A stretch of 59,429 nt of DNA, filler included, from Sphacelaria rigidula (lineage: Eukaryota): the NCBI GenBank assembly GCA_964200075.2. It is 9 parts of 9 records of this genome, joined end to end, with 100 filler letters (N's around TTAATTAATTAA, not from the genome) between each part and the next. Parts side by side here need not be neighbours in the genome. Positions count along the whole stretch, not along the records: positions 1 to 6,516 come from CAXNAA020019605.1; positions 6,617 to 13,131 come from CAXNAA020019606.1; 7 more parts are not named here. One strand, written 5' to 3'. Below, one piece after another: positions 1 to 11,654 of this stretch. Numbering within the stretch: the stretch's first letter is position 1; each line of letters opens with the position of its first letter. A program made the position numbers and the translations under genes. The notes beneath the pieces were generated by a model. The model was given only the letters and a program-made list of their open reading frames with translations, ran no database searches and had not been told where the DNA came from.

Positions 1-5
1 ATAAC

Positions 6-51
<46 letters not shown>

Positions 52-177
52 GTAATAACAATAATGACAATAATAACAATAATAACAATAATAACAATAA
101 TAACAATAATAACAATAATAACAATAATAACAATAATAACAATAATAACAATAATAACAATAATAACAATAATAACA
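1..177. repeat. (AAT)n / (AACAATAAT)n microsatellite at contig start
   Basis: Directly visible tandem AAT and AACAATAAT units. Confidence 0.97.
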
Positions 178-719
178 AGCAGGAAGCGACCACGGGTTAA
201 CCACAACATAAGGGCCCCAAAAAATGGTGAAAATTGATCGCTTGTTCTGGGAAAATGTCTTTAGGTTTCGTGTCCGGACATTCCCCTTGGCGGGTCTGTG
301 GCAGCATCCTTCTTGGAGAGCGTTGATGTAAGTTTCCCAATATCTGCCGCCACACGTCCCTTCCGGTGAACGGCTGGCCGCCGATCCTCCGTCTCCCCTC
401 GGTCGAACGATGGTTGGTCGGCGATCGATTCACGGGGAATATTGCTCCGTTCTTGTCGGGGAAGCGCGGTCAGACGTCTAGCGACGCAGTGCTACGGCGT
501 GCGTGACGTTACCCATCCTTCCCATTCACCGCTACCGCTACCGTACTGCCTCTTCCCCGCGTCTGTTTGCCCCAGCCGAGGGCAGCGGAAAGTGCTTTGC
601 AGCGAGCTCCCACGCAGCGCGTGTCTCTCTACACGGATTCAGAAAACGAGTCTTCCGACGAAGAAAGTACAGGCGAGTCGTGCAACAAACAGTAGGGTGA
701 ACAGGAGAAGAGCGCGCGC

Positions 720-751
<32 letters not shown>

Positions 752-776
752 AGTTTTTGGTTGCGGNNNNNAGCAT

Positions 777-842
<66 letters not shown>

Positions 843-955
843 CGGGGTACTCATTTGTTGCTTGCCTTAGTCGTTTGACCATTAACCATGCATCTCTTTC
901 GAGACGGAACACCGTTCCTACTCCTACTAGAGACGCACCTCCAACGTTTCGGTGG
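843..955 (-). mobile_element. Short 3'-end copy of the LINE at 57597-58830, with C-rich tail (G run on + strand)
   Basis: GTACTCATTTGTTGCTTGCCTTAGTCGTTTGACCATT...CCTACTCCTA..AGA..CACCTCCAAC aligns with 57598-57700 and 59246-59429. Confidence 0.85.
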
Positions 956-975
956 GGGGGAAGTATTCCATATCT

Positions 976-1062
976 TGGATTGATTTTGATTGGTTTGATT
1001 TGACTGTCGCACTATAAATGACCCCCCAGGCGTCCAGCCGTGGTCGCATGATAGACGTACCC
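976..1062 (-). repeat. Dispersed repeat 3' end with (AATC)n-type tail; further copies at ~1305-1385 and ~14979-15240
   Basis: GATTTGACTGTCGCACTATAAATGACCCCCCAGGCGTCCAGCCGTGGTCGCATGATAGAC matches GATTTGTTGTCGCACTTTAACTGACCCCACAGGGATCTAGCCGTGGTCATATGATAAAC at ~14989. All three copies follow GATT repeats. Confidence 0.7.
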
Positions 1063-2930
1063 AAGAAAAACAAAACTGAAACACTCGCTGAAGAAAATAA
1101 GGAACAGAAAGAAAAATCGAACAAAGCGACATAGTACACTAATACGTAAAAAAATAAAAATAAACAGTAGATAAATTATAACAATAAAAAGGTCAACAAA
1201 AGCAAAGCACAGAAAGAAATGACCGGTTTTAAAACAATTGAACCGACTACAAAATGAACCTCACGATATTTCCGATAGCATCGGCGGTACTGATAGCACT
1301 GATCGATCGGTTGATTGATAGATTGTTTCACATGACCTGATCCCATGCGGATCCAGCTGTGCCCACACTATAGACGTACCCGAGGTAAATATATACCGTG
1401 TATATATTATATACTTATTCTGCCCCGAAGTCTGGGTGGCTACGGCGTGTAAGTTGTATCTCCCAAACGGACGCACTCACGATGCTGTAGTTAGGATCGG
1501 TAAAGAGATGGAGTTTCGAGGTGCGGCCACCGGAGAACGGCAAGATGTTCTGGAACCGCCCCAACTAGTAGAGCAAGTCATTCCGAGGTGTCAAACCCCG
1601 CCTAGCTCTCTTTTGGCGCGTAAAACGACGTAGAAGCTCCAAGAAGTCACTCTTCCATACTTGTATCCTTGTCTGTTATAAAGAGCGACCTAACTAGCAA
1701 AACGCCAAATAATGAAGGAAAAAAAGCAAAAATCGCTCCGGTATGAGCATCATCTCCTAATTGAATGATCGGATGAAACTACCTATCGTTTCCGATCGCT
1801 GCCCATGTCGCTAAACAACTCAGACGGAAATTTCTGTGACGGACCAAACGGCACAACGGACGACCTCATCCAGAATATCGAGATGGTCACCGGGGAAACG
1901 CATGGGGCAACGCGCGGTGGCGTCTACTATCGTGGCGGAGGCGGCAGTGGTGAAGATGCAGGGAGAGGAGCGGGCAGCGGTAAATTGTTCTTGTCGGTGC
2001 TGAGGCCAAGTGAACGAGTTGTGGTGGAGACCGTCAGGGCGATTACGTTGTGTCTCAGGTATAGCGCAGTACACAGTATCGGACACAACTCCGTGACCTC
2101 GTGGCCTGTGGCATGATGTGGCGCACATCGGTTAATTCACGCGACCTATCACGGTTATAGTTGGACGCGAAAAGCGTTGAGTACTTACGATACAAATATT
2201 ATTGGGGAATTGATGGCCCGGCCCGGCAAAGCATGAATTATTTAGTGAGCGAAACAAATTTACGCACTTGTTTTTGTGTTTTTTTGTTCTCCCGTTCCGT
2301 TGTTACAGCGATGGGAACACGTTAGCGCGCGTGTGCGCGCGCACACACACCCAGAGTGAAAAAAAGCCCGATGGGTATGGCGCTGATTTCTGTTGCTCTC
2401 GGACACGAAAATCATACATACATCTGTGGGGAGGAAGGCCTGATGAGAAACAGTTGTTCACCAACACAAATCAATTTGTGGAGTAGGATTATGCCGCCTT
2501 TTGACGATGTCTAGGCTCTGCCCTCTGAGACTGGTGCGTACCAGGCGTCGGAATAAACGCTTGAACGGATCCCGGGATGCTGATGTTGCACCGCGTGATG
2601 TTGTGGAATGTGTTCCAGACTCCATTTTTGTCGATCAAGGGAGGGTTCTCTCTCGTTGGCTGGACAAGTCTAAGCGTTTCCTACATTTTCTTGTTCTTCG
2701 ATCGTTGGTGGATGGTTTCAGAGTTACTCCACAGATGACCATCCGGGGCGTATTCGTACGGTCGTTTCTTATATCCGTAGACATTTTCTTTCCAACGATC
2801 TCACCGACATTTTCGTCGTTCCCAACTACCTGTGGTGCTCCTCTCGACACCATTTTCGTGATTTATGGTTAACCCTCAATTCTAATTGTACGCGGAATAT
2901 GATATTTCCCAATGATGCAACGATAAACAG

Positions 2931-5900
2931 GGAAGCGGGAGAGGCGGCGTGTTCCGCTTGTACAGTGTATGAGCCATTCTGCTCTCTACTCCAGGAGGTC
3001 GATCGGGTCGAGTTGAGGCCGGAGGATGTGCCTGAAGAAGATTTACCCACTCTAGCGGAGGCTATTTACAGGCACGTGTTTTGTATATACGGTACAGTCG
3101 AAATGCGTGCGTCATACTCCATTTTTATGTGTCTGCGAGCGGAGGGTTCACAACAGTAGCAGCAGTGCAGAGCACAAAAAAAACTGTCAAGAACGGCATT
3201 GCTATATCGAGTATCAACGACAACTAACTAAACGTTGGGCTAACGACCCCTCCTACAAAAAAATGAATATAAAAACGAAGCACACACCTTATCATACGGC
3301 ACGCACACCCACTCTGTTTATTTCTTGTGTTGAGGTCAGTAGATATGGTTGAGTTCCAAGGAGAAAATCGTCTTGCTTGAAACAAGAGTGATGCACTTTG
3401 CAGCCCAAACGTTTTCTGAAGCTGCACACTGAGGCCCGTATATTTGTAACCGAGAGGCTCCTAAAGTAGTGCAGGTCCTCAGGAGATCATACTCCACCCC
3501 TATCGTGGCGTTACTCACAAGGAAAAGCCGAACCCCGATGCGTACGGAAAGGAACATCGTTTTCGTGAGATCGAGAGTAGAGCGCTGATTGAGCGTGGCT
3601 TTGATCATCCGCTTTGACTCCGCCAATCTTTCATTCCGTGTGGGCTTTTCTTTGCCTCCATCACTGGTGTGTGCTTACTTACAGCTACATTTCGATGTCC
3701 CCCCCAGGGATTTTCAAAGGCCTCAGTGGCAAGCTACTACAGAAAAGCATATCGGGCCTCGTGGAGAGGTACTTCGGATCTGGAACAATTCACTCACTAT
3801 ACGTTACCGCACTTCACGCTCAATCGTGTCCTCTGCTCTCAATCTCACGAACACATTGTGAAGCGTTGTTTCGGCGCTTTACCGGGGGAAGTGTTCGTCG
3901 GACGGGGCGTTCGCGGTCGTAGACGTCGCTCGCTGAGTAGTACGGAGACTGACGGATAAGGGGGGTGCTCACTAAAAAACTTCTTCTGGTAGTAGGAGCT
4001 CACTCATGTCACTACGCGTGTGGCCTTGAGGAGTGATACGTTTTGATATAATGTCAAGCCTCGCGGTAGTAAGAAGAATGTTTCGTGTGCGGTATCCGGC
4101 TCGGGGCGGCGGACGGAGCTCGATTTTTCCTGAATCTGCTTGATGTGATGATGCTGTCCGGCTTGAGAAAACCGTGTTTCACGCGGGAGACTCCTGGCTA
4201 TCAACAAAAAAAAACGAAGCAGTCAGCCATGGATGATGATGGGCGTCCTGTGTATGTATCTGAATGGTTTTGACTAACACGCGGTTGAACCCTTCAAGAT
4301 CCAGAGCGTTTTTTTTTCATCAATAAACAAAGGCTGTTCAAACAACAACATAATAGTCGTTTTGGCGTATATGATCAACATCACGGACAACGGGATGAAG
4401 AACAGGCATGCCGCAAATCTGCATGCTTGGTTGGACGGCTCCGGGCATTGAAAACCAGGCAAATGCGGGTGGGTGGACAGGAGCTTACTACAGTAGCGAT
4501 TCCGGCGTCCCGGTCGTTCGCGACGTTTGGACGACTCTTTTTTACCCGCATTATTTTTGAGTGTGCTTAAACCAAACGCTGCGTCTGCACGATTTGAACG
4601 GGCGCAAGTGGCTCTGTAAGGGCTGACCGCGTTGGTCGCCCAATTTGGTCGACACTTGACCGACAATTTCACGCTTATCTGTTCGCGTAAATATCAAGCG
4701 CTTGATTAATCTACTAGGATAATGATGAGGGTGGTTGATAGCCCCCCCCCGCGAACTCAACACGACACAGGTGACCGTAGGCCCAATTCAAACTTGTTGT
4801 CCGCTGTTCCAACATGACACTAAGCCTCAGGGGAGGGGGGGAGGGGGGTGTTAAGGAGTTCAACAGCTCGTAATCGATAAAAAACGTAAGAGCGGGACAG
4901 TAAAGGTGAGTCTATTTCACTAGAGTCGACGTGGTGCCGGAGTATTGGTCACATTCACCATACCAAATTGTCAGACGTGTACTGCCTGCCCCCCGAGGGG
5001 AATTGGATCAATTCCTCCAAGACAGCGAACTCGTTCTCTAGACGGGGGAATGTGAAACTAAAAAAACATAGAAATGTGCCGTGAAAAAAAGAGGAGAAAG
5101 TGTTGGCCCGAGTCGTGCTGAACGTGTGCCGGAGAAATCACCACAGATGGTTCAACGATGTGCTCGGTTAGACTCGTCTGGACTCTCTACGCACCGAAGC
5201 CCAGACACGAAGGAAACGATGTCCGCTGGGGGCAGGGCTACCATACATGTGGTGGTGCCTGCTGTATATTTGCTTTGACCTTGTCGATTGCGCAAGAAGC
5301 AAGGAGAAGTTGTGTGGTATCTCTTCCAGTCGGAGGCGGGCCCGAGGTGTTAAGATGTCACAGGTACCACTGAGCTGAGCAGTCAGCGCTGAGTGTGCAG
5401 CTCAGTGGTATCTGTGACACCTTAACAAAAGCTAATCCCGAGGCGCTTCAGGCTGTTAAGCCATCGTACCCAGTTTCACCCCAGGGTTGCCACCCCCTGT
5501 AATCAGCGCCGCGCTGCCCAACTCTGTCAGCGTCACCGCTTGCCGGACTCGCCATGGTACAAGCAGACTATTTGTGCTTCTTCTTTCCGGAGTAATGAAT
5601 ACTCACCGTGCGGAACGGTCTGAGTACCTCTGAAAAGAAGGAAATCCCGACGCGCGGAGGTTTGAGCCCTTGGATTAGCTTTTGTTGAGATATCACAGAT
5701 ACATTGTTAAGATGTCACAGATACCACTGAGCTAAACAGTCAGCGCTGACTGTTTAGCTCAGTGGTATCTGTGACATCTTAACGCGGGGTCGGTTGTGGT
5801 TCTTTCGCGGAATGAAGGAGAAAGCTCGGCACAGACAAGCCTTGAGCTCGCATGACTGAAAAACAAATCTGACGTACGACGTCCGTCCGGCATTACATGT

Positions 5901-6167
5901 CGATAGCAACTGTACTGTCGCCTCCTGAATGGTTGAGGGGGCCATCTGCCGTGTGCTCGATTGGATTGACCGGCAAAATCGTGATCAGCTATGAATATAC
6001 GGCGGCGTTGCTGAGGTCGGGAGACACCGACGCTGCACCGGTGGAAATTCAGGGAAGGTTGTTGGTGGTGGATTGCGAAGAGACTTGCAGGAAACTTCTG
6101 GGAATGGCGGAGAAGCTCTCGAAGGATGCCCTGCAGTGGGTCACATCTACGCTGGGCAGGCTTACGG
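2931..6167 (+). CDS. Internal exons of an unidentified multi-exon gene (2931-3071, 3685-3768, ~5989/6053-6167; others possible); last exon weakly resembles an axonemal dynein heavy-chain tail
   Basis: AG-bounded open segments with compatible phase (...LAEAIY-S-YISMSPPGIFKGLSGKLLQKSISGLVE). The exon GRLLVVDCEETCRKLLGMAEKLSKDALQWV ends at a GTGAGG donor. The product assignment is weak. Confidence 0.4.
5349..5783. mobile_element. 435-bp foldback/MITE-like element with 78-bp palindromic ends
   Basis: 5706-5783 is a perfect 78-bp palindrome and 5349-5426 is a diverged copy. The inner arms AACAAAAGCTAATCC (5424-5438) and GGATTAGCTTTTGTT (5672-5686) are inverted relative to each other. Confidence 0.8.
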
Positions 6168-6516
6168 GTGAGGGGTTGGTATTAAGGAGTACCGGGAACT
6201 TCTATGTTATTATTATACTTGAGTGTGTGTGTTTTGTTTTCGTTATAATTCTCAATCCCTCTCTTTCCTCGGCACGACTTGGTGGTGTCGAGGGATTTTC
6301 TCATCTCTCCCCAGGTGCAGACCTCGCCTTTTGGCCTCGCGGATTGGATCATGACAAGTAGTCCCGTATCGCGTCGACTTTCGCCAAACAAACTCAGTCA
6401 AACTCTTCTTTTTTGCTGATACGCCCTCCCCCTCCCCCCCCCATGCGAAAAATATGAAATTGCGATTTCGGGTGGGGGACCTAGACCTGCCAGAAAGAAG
6501 AAAGAGATATACCAGT

Positions 6517-6616
6517 NNNNNNNNNNNNNNNNNNNNNNNNNNNNNNNNNNNNNNNNNNNNTTAATTAATTAANNNNNNNNNNNNNNNNNNNNNNNNNNNN
6601 NNNNNNNNNNNNNNNN
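6517..6616. other. Artificial contig linker 1 (N44-TTAATTAATTAA-N44)
   Basis: Exact 100-bp spacer with stops in all six frames. Confidence 0.99.
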
Positions 6617-6957
6617 ATTACACAAGAACCTCTTACATATCTTATCCCCGTCCTGTTTGGGGGGATGTACTCATGATCATGCATGCCATAGTTTGGGGAG
6701 GAGGGGGGGGGGGACCAGGGTCAAAAGTGCGGTAGTTGGGGCGAGACGAAGTGTGTACAGCCCGTGTGGGTGAAATCGCGATTTGACTCATATTCCACAT
6801 TTGTACGAGTAAATCATACGATTTGTTAACAAGATGTGATTCGTACATGTCTTGGGTTCGTGATCCGTGTGACACTACCTGGAGTGTACACATTCCCAGT
6901 TCGTGATTCGTGCCGTACACAGTCGAAGGCACACATCCAACCTTTTATTCGTATGGT

Positions 6958-7500
6958 ATGGCTCATAAGAACATGTTTCTCAATGTCAATTCATGGATTA
7001 TGAATCATAGGCACAAGTTCCCCATCTTCCATTCATACGCGATGAATAACAGGTACATGTTTATACCCGTCCATTCATGCGGCATGAATCTTCGGTATAT
7101 GTTCCCCACTTTCCATTTATACGAGGTGAATCAAGCGTTCAGGTTCCCAGTTTCAATCCATGCAGCATGAATCTTACTTACATGTTGCCCACCTTCTGTT
7201 CGCAAGCGGTGAATCAAGCACACATGTTCCCACTTTTCATTCGTGCCGCATGAGTCATGAGTACATGTTCCCTACTCACATTCATCCGAGGTGGATCAAG
7301 TGTACATGTTTCCTACTCCTCATTCATGCTGCATGAATCATACGTACATGTTCCCCACTTTCCGCTAATGCGAGATGTATCGAGCGTACATGCTTCCCGC
7401 TCTTCACTTATGCAGCATGAATCATACGTACATGTTCCCCACCTGCTGTTCATACGACACATAGCATGAGAACATGTTGTTTCCCATCTGTCATTTCATG
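6958..7500. repeat. 42-bp degenerate minisatellite array, left block (~13 units)
   Basis: Units of the form ATGAATCAnnnnTACATGTTCCCnnnTTCCATTCATnCnGC start at ~6958, 7000, 7042, 7084, 7126, 7167, 7209 and onward. Confidence 0.9.
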
Positions 7501-7675
7501 GGGCGCCACTGTTTCGTTGCGCGGCCTTTTTGCTAGTGGGATATGCAAATAACAGCGTTCGAGCCGCGAACGCCTTCAGAGCCAAATTGACGTTGAACGC
7601 AATTTCAAATATTGTACTCACACATGACACAGCGTCACACAATACAAAACAGGCGTCTGCGTGCCCAGCTCTTCC

Positions 7676-8700
7676 AGCTATTTATTTTCCCGAGCTATGC
7701 TATTGGCAGCCTTTATGGTTTCATGTTGTGTTCTGAGATACAGTTGGTCCGAATATATTGCACACATTACCTTGAACTGCGAAGACGGCATCAGCACGGT
7801 CGTGCTGCATGTACATGGGAGGTTTTCGGGAAAACTCCGGCAGCGTACACTGCAGTCAAGACAGTACGGCACAGCATAGCACAGCACGCATCTGCGTGCC
7901 TATAGCGATTGTCCTAGCTACTCTCTCTCTTCCGGAATATAAGTCCGATTTGGACGAAACGCAAAAAAAATCATCGTGGGCGATTTTTCTTTGAAGTTAC
8001 GAGTTCGATTCCCACCTCGAATACATTGTTTTTTTCAAAAAAAGCACATTTTTTCCCCCTTTATTTTTCCTTCACGTTGTTCTTTCGCTTGAAAGGTCCC
8101 AATTTTTGGCACCCTGTAGTTTTTCCTCCGGTCAAAAGGGAAGATGTTTTTTCCCCCTCAAAGTATGCGTCTACAGGTAGCCACATATGGCCACGTTCCA
8201 CGTTAAAAAATGGTCAGGAAAAAACTTTTCCTCGCTCCGTACGGGAAAAAAAACGTCACGCTAGTTTTCTTTACTCACCAGATATTTGGAAGATCCGTCT
8301 CGGGGAAAAAAAAGCCATTGAAGGGGATGAAAATTGATCGCCCCCTGCTTTTGGCCACTTCTTCAACTGCACTACCTGTCCGAGCACGATGAAAACAAAT
8401 GGCGCAAATATGCCTTTTCTAACGCCCCCAAGTGCGAGAACGGACTTATTTATAGAAAATCCAAATCGGACTTATATTCCGGAACATAGGGAGTATTTAT
8501 TTTCTCGAGCCAAGCTATTGACGACCTCTCTGCGGTTTCATGTTTTGTTCTGCAGTGCAGTTGGCCTGAATATGTAGAACGGTACGAAGACAGCTTCAGA
8601 CAGCACTGGCATTGCAAGAGTCGTCCTTGTATGTTCGCGTGAGCGTGTCCGGAAACACCGCGGCAGCGCCCACTGCAGTCACGACGGACAACACAACCTG
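7676..8700. repeat. ~200-bp diverged direct repeat (7676-7880 and 8495-8700) on either side of a MITE
   Basis: TTTATTTTC.CGAGC.A.GCTATTG...GGTTTCATGTT.TGTTCTG...CAGTTGG..GAATAT...GGCAGCG..CACTGCAGTCA is present in both copies. Confidence 0.75.
7921..8493. mobile_element. Stowaway/Tc1-mariner-like MITE, 573 bp, TA target duplication
   Basis: TA|CTCTCTCTCTTCCGGAATATAAGTCCGATTTGGA ... TCCAAATCGGACTTATATTCCGGAACATAGGGAG|TA, with a perfect 25-bp TIR core. Confidence 0.88.
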
Positions 8701-8749
8701 TACAGTGGACAATAGACGACAGTATTACGAAGCCTTTCGTTCCTACGCC

Positions 8750-9210
8750 ATGAATCATAGGTACATACTCTATTTCCTCCCATCATTCATGCATGAACCA
8801 CATGTACATGTTTTCCACCTTGCATTCATGCTGCATGAATCATGGGCACATGTTCACCTTCGTTTCATACGGCATCAATCACAGGTATACGTACCTTCCC
8901 GTTTTATTTATGCAGCATGAACCATAGGTGCATGTTACTCCCCTTTCAGTCATACGACGGGAATCAAGCACACACGTTTCACAACTTTTATTCATACAGC
9001 ATGAATAATATGTACATGTTCTCCGACTTCCATTTATACGAGGTGAATCAAGCGTGCATGTTTCCCAATTCCCATTGATGCAGCACGAATCATACGCACG
9101 TGTCCCCCGCCTTGCATCCGTACTAGATGGATCAAGTGTACATGTTCTTCACCTGTGATTTGTCCGGGATTAATCAAGTGCACATGTTTCCCACCGGTGA
9201 TTCATAAAGG
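8750..9210. repeat. 42-bp degenerate minisatellite array, right block (~11 units)
   Basis: Same unit as 6958-7500. It is followed by a ~60-bp block (9240-9300) that also precedes the left array (6860-6915). Confidence 0.9.
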
Positions 9211-10882
9211 AATTGTGATTCATACGTATTTTGCGCTCGTGATTTGTGACACTACTTGGAGTCTACGCATTCCCAGTTCGTGATTCGTGCGATATGACCT
9301 TGAAGATACAACTGTACGTACCACCTGTGATTCATACCGGACGACTCTTTGGCACATGAAGCGCATTCGACACTCATGGGGACTCAACCGGTATCACCTT
9401 TGATTCGTCCGAGCCTGAAAGTGTGGTCGTGCCTGCCCCAGCCTCGAAACACACTGCAGATGTACGTCTACTTCATTCAGATACTACCCCTGCACTTAAC
9501 CACCGCTAGCTTCGTAGCACATGGGTTATTATACCATGTTCAAACAAGCAATCAATCGAAGTAAAAGCGCTATAATCAGAATTCCGGTGCACGCGCAAGA
9601 GCCAACCAGATCGTACAATACATAATGTTCGTGTTTAGTGTCGTGCGTGTTATCATCCCATCTAGTCTGCACGTCAGTCTACACCTTTCGGTTAAGTGGG
9701 CGCATCAGCCGGGGTCACAAAGGAGGAAGACCAACAAATGTCCCTCTTCGTATGGTGAACGCTTAAATCAAATAATAGCGGGTTGAAATTTGTGTTTTTT
9801 TGGGAGGGGGGGGGGGGGGGGGGTCGGTTGGGTTTGATTTTTTGTTCGGTTTGGAAGGATTGGGCTCAAGTATNNNNNNNNNNGAAAAAGTATGTTGGTA
9901 GTGTATTGGTGAAAAGTGATAGGGGGGGGGGGGGGTTTTTGTGTGGGTGGGGGGGGGGGGGGGGGGGGGGGGGGGGCGTTCGGTTGCCGTGAATTTTTAT
10001 CCCGGTTGTGAACGATTGGTTCCAAGATTTGGGGATCGAGATATGGTGTTAGTACCTTTCAAGAGCCCTTGGGAGGAAAGTCATGATCCGCGGGCTAACC
10101 GGTCGTTCGGGGGTTCTACGAGTTCGCAGTCGCAGGCTGTGGTGCTTGCGATATTTGCATTTGCGCTCGATTAAACTATTCTTGATCGTTCGGGTGAATG
10201 ACCACACCACATCAATGTGCTTTTGAGTTACTCTCCTAGCCGCGTATTACGATACAAATGGAATGCCTCGTTCTGGAACCAAGATAAGATTAGTAACACC
10301 CGTACAAGACCAGGTTTTCGCTATGTATTGTTCTGACGAACATAAAATTAGGGGAATGTATTTCAATCCTCCCACGAGTCATGATTCATGACGATTCACG
10401 TCCTGCGAGTGATTCCGAAAAAGGAGGAGTACTGGAGTCTGACTCAAATCTGTTTCCCCGATTTATTTGGAGAAATGAGTACAAGCGTGACTCAAATCCT
10501 ACGAGTCGTTCGGAAAAACAAGGATGAGTCATATTCCATCACCATTTGGTGTCTATAGGTTCCCTTCATATATGACAGAAAACAAAACAAGGTTACGGCA
10601 TGGCAATTCTACTTATTCTGTTGCCACGCTTGAGGGACGGCAGTGTAAGGATGGTGTAAGGATGGAAGTGGCCTATCTGTCATGAAGTACGATGAAGTAA
10701 ATGGTTTATGGATGGTGACTGACCCATCAGGATATACTGCTGGTGTTGCTTGTGCTGCAAGTTAGCTTCATCGGGAAATTCTGCCTTGTGTTTGTATGTC
10801 TCACAGATTGTAGCTGAATGACTTTTGTTTGGTGGGTGTGAGAGTCGGTTTTTTGTTTTTGTAAAACATGATGTATTGTTCT

Positions 10883-11210
10883 TGTGTGTGTTGACATCCC
10901 ATCTATTCTGGACGTTGGGCTACACGTTTCGGTATATGTGGGCGCACGAGCCGGGGTCACACAGGAGGAAGGTCAACACAGGAGTTTTCATTTTTTTTTT
11001 CTTTCTTGCTTCTTCACCTTCCTTCCGCGGTGCTTGCCTTTTCTTTTCCCTCGTCGACCGCGAAGTCGAATTTTGGGTGCCCACGACATGGTCGCTCTCC
11101 ACTGTTGGGCATGGTGTAAGAAAGAATCCCAGATCGCTCCGAGATTCGAACCCACCGCCCAACCGTCGGAAGGTTTCGAGGTTACCAAGTGAGCCACCGG
11201 GGCGGCCGGT
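10883..11210 (-). mobile_element. tRNA-derived SINE family A, near full-length, (CA)n tail; 5'-truncated copies at 9643-9736, 15372-15606, 20977-21200, 32938-32973, 35496-35610
   Basis: The minus-strand head GCCCCGGTGGCTCACTTGG has an A box at 11185-11196 and GGTTCGAATC B box at 11143-11152. The body CCCATCTATTCTGGACG...GGGCGCA.CAGCCGGGGTCACACAGGAGGAAGGTCAACACAG recurs in five contigs next to TG repeats. Confidence 0.88.
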
Positions 11211-11654
11211 TGTGAAACACAATATGATAGTGTTATAAAACATTGCATGGTGACTCATTCATGGGAACCAACTGCTGCCATTGCTACTACTACTACTACC
11301 ATCTTACTACTCCTACTACTACGAGTAATACTGCTGAATGAAGAGATGATGCTTCCAACTAAAGATGGAAGATCACTATCGGCAGGACCGTGTTCGTGCC
11401 CCGCTTGCTAAGGTAAGGCTCGCGAGTGTGATTATATGGAGCACATACTCGTACAGCTTTTGCTTCGAACAGGCAGTGGTTTCTCGCGAGGACCGCGGTA
11501 GCTAGCATGCTGCTGCCTTGTGCTGGGAGAAAACCCGTCGTGGAAGCTGTCGAGGGGACCAAGGTTGCGGTACTCCAGGAACTTCAGAAACGTGCTCTCA
11601 ACATGGTTAAACGCGAAGACATACGTACATTTATATATTATTTTTTCACACGTT

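Noticed and set aside
721..842. Poly-Gly/poly-Pro ORFs and long G tracts (also 9805-9976, 17673-17893)
   Set aside because: These are homopolymers next to small N gaps, with garbled duplicate sequence (17690-17760 versus 17893-17960). Run lengths are unreliable and the ORFs are spurious.
6561..6572. Palindromic TTAATTAATTAA recurring every ~6.6 kb as a biological site
   Set aside because: It is always centred in an exact N44/N44 spacer, i.e. a six-frame stop linker added during concatenation.
6958..9210. CRISPR-like array
   Set aside because: The units are degenerate along their whole length with no identical repeat and unique spacer alternation. There are no cas genes and the context is eukaryotic.
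11130..11205. tRNA gene
   Set aside because: It has A and B boxes but no clean cloverleaf, and it is fused to a multi-copy body, so it is a SINE head.
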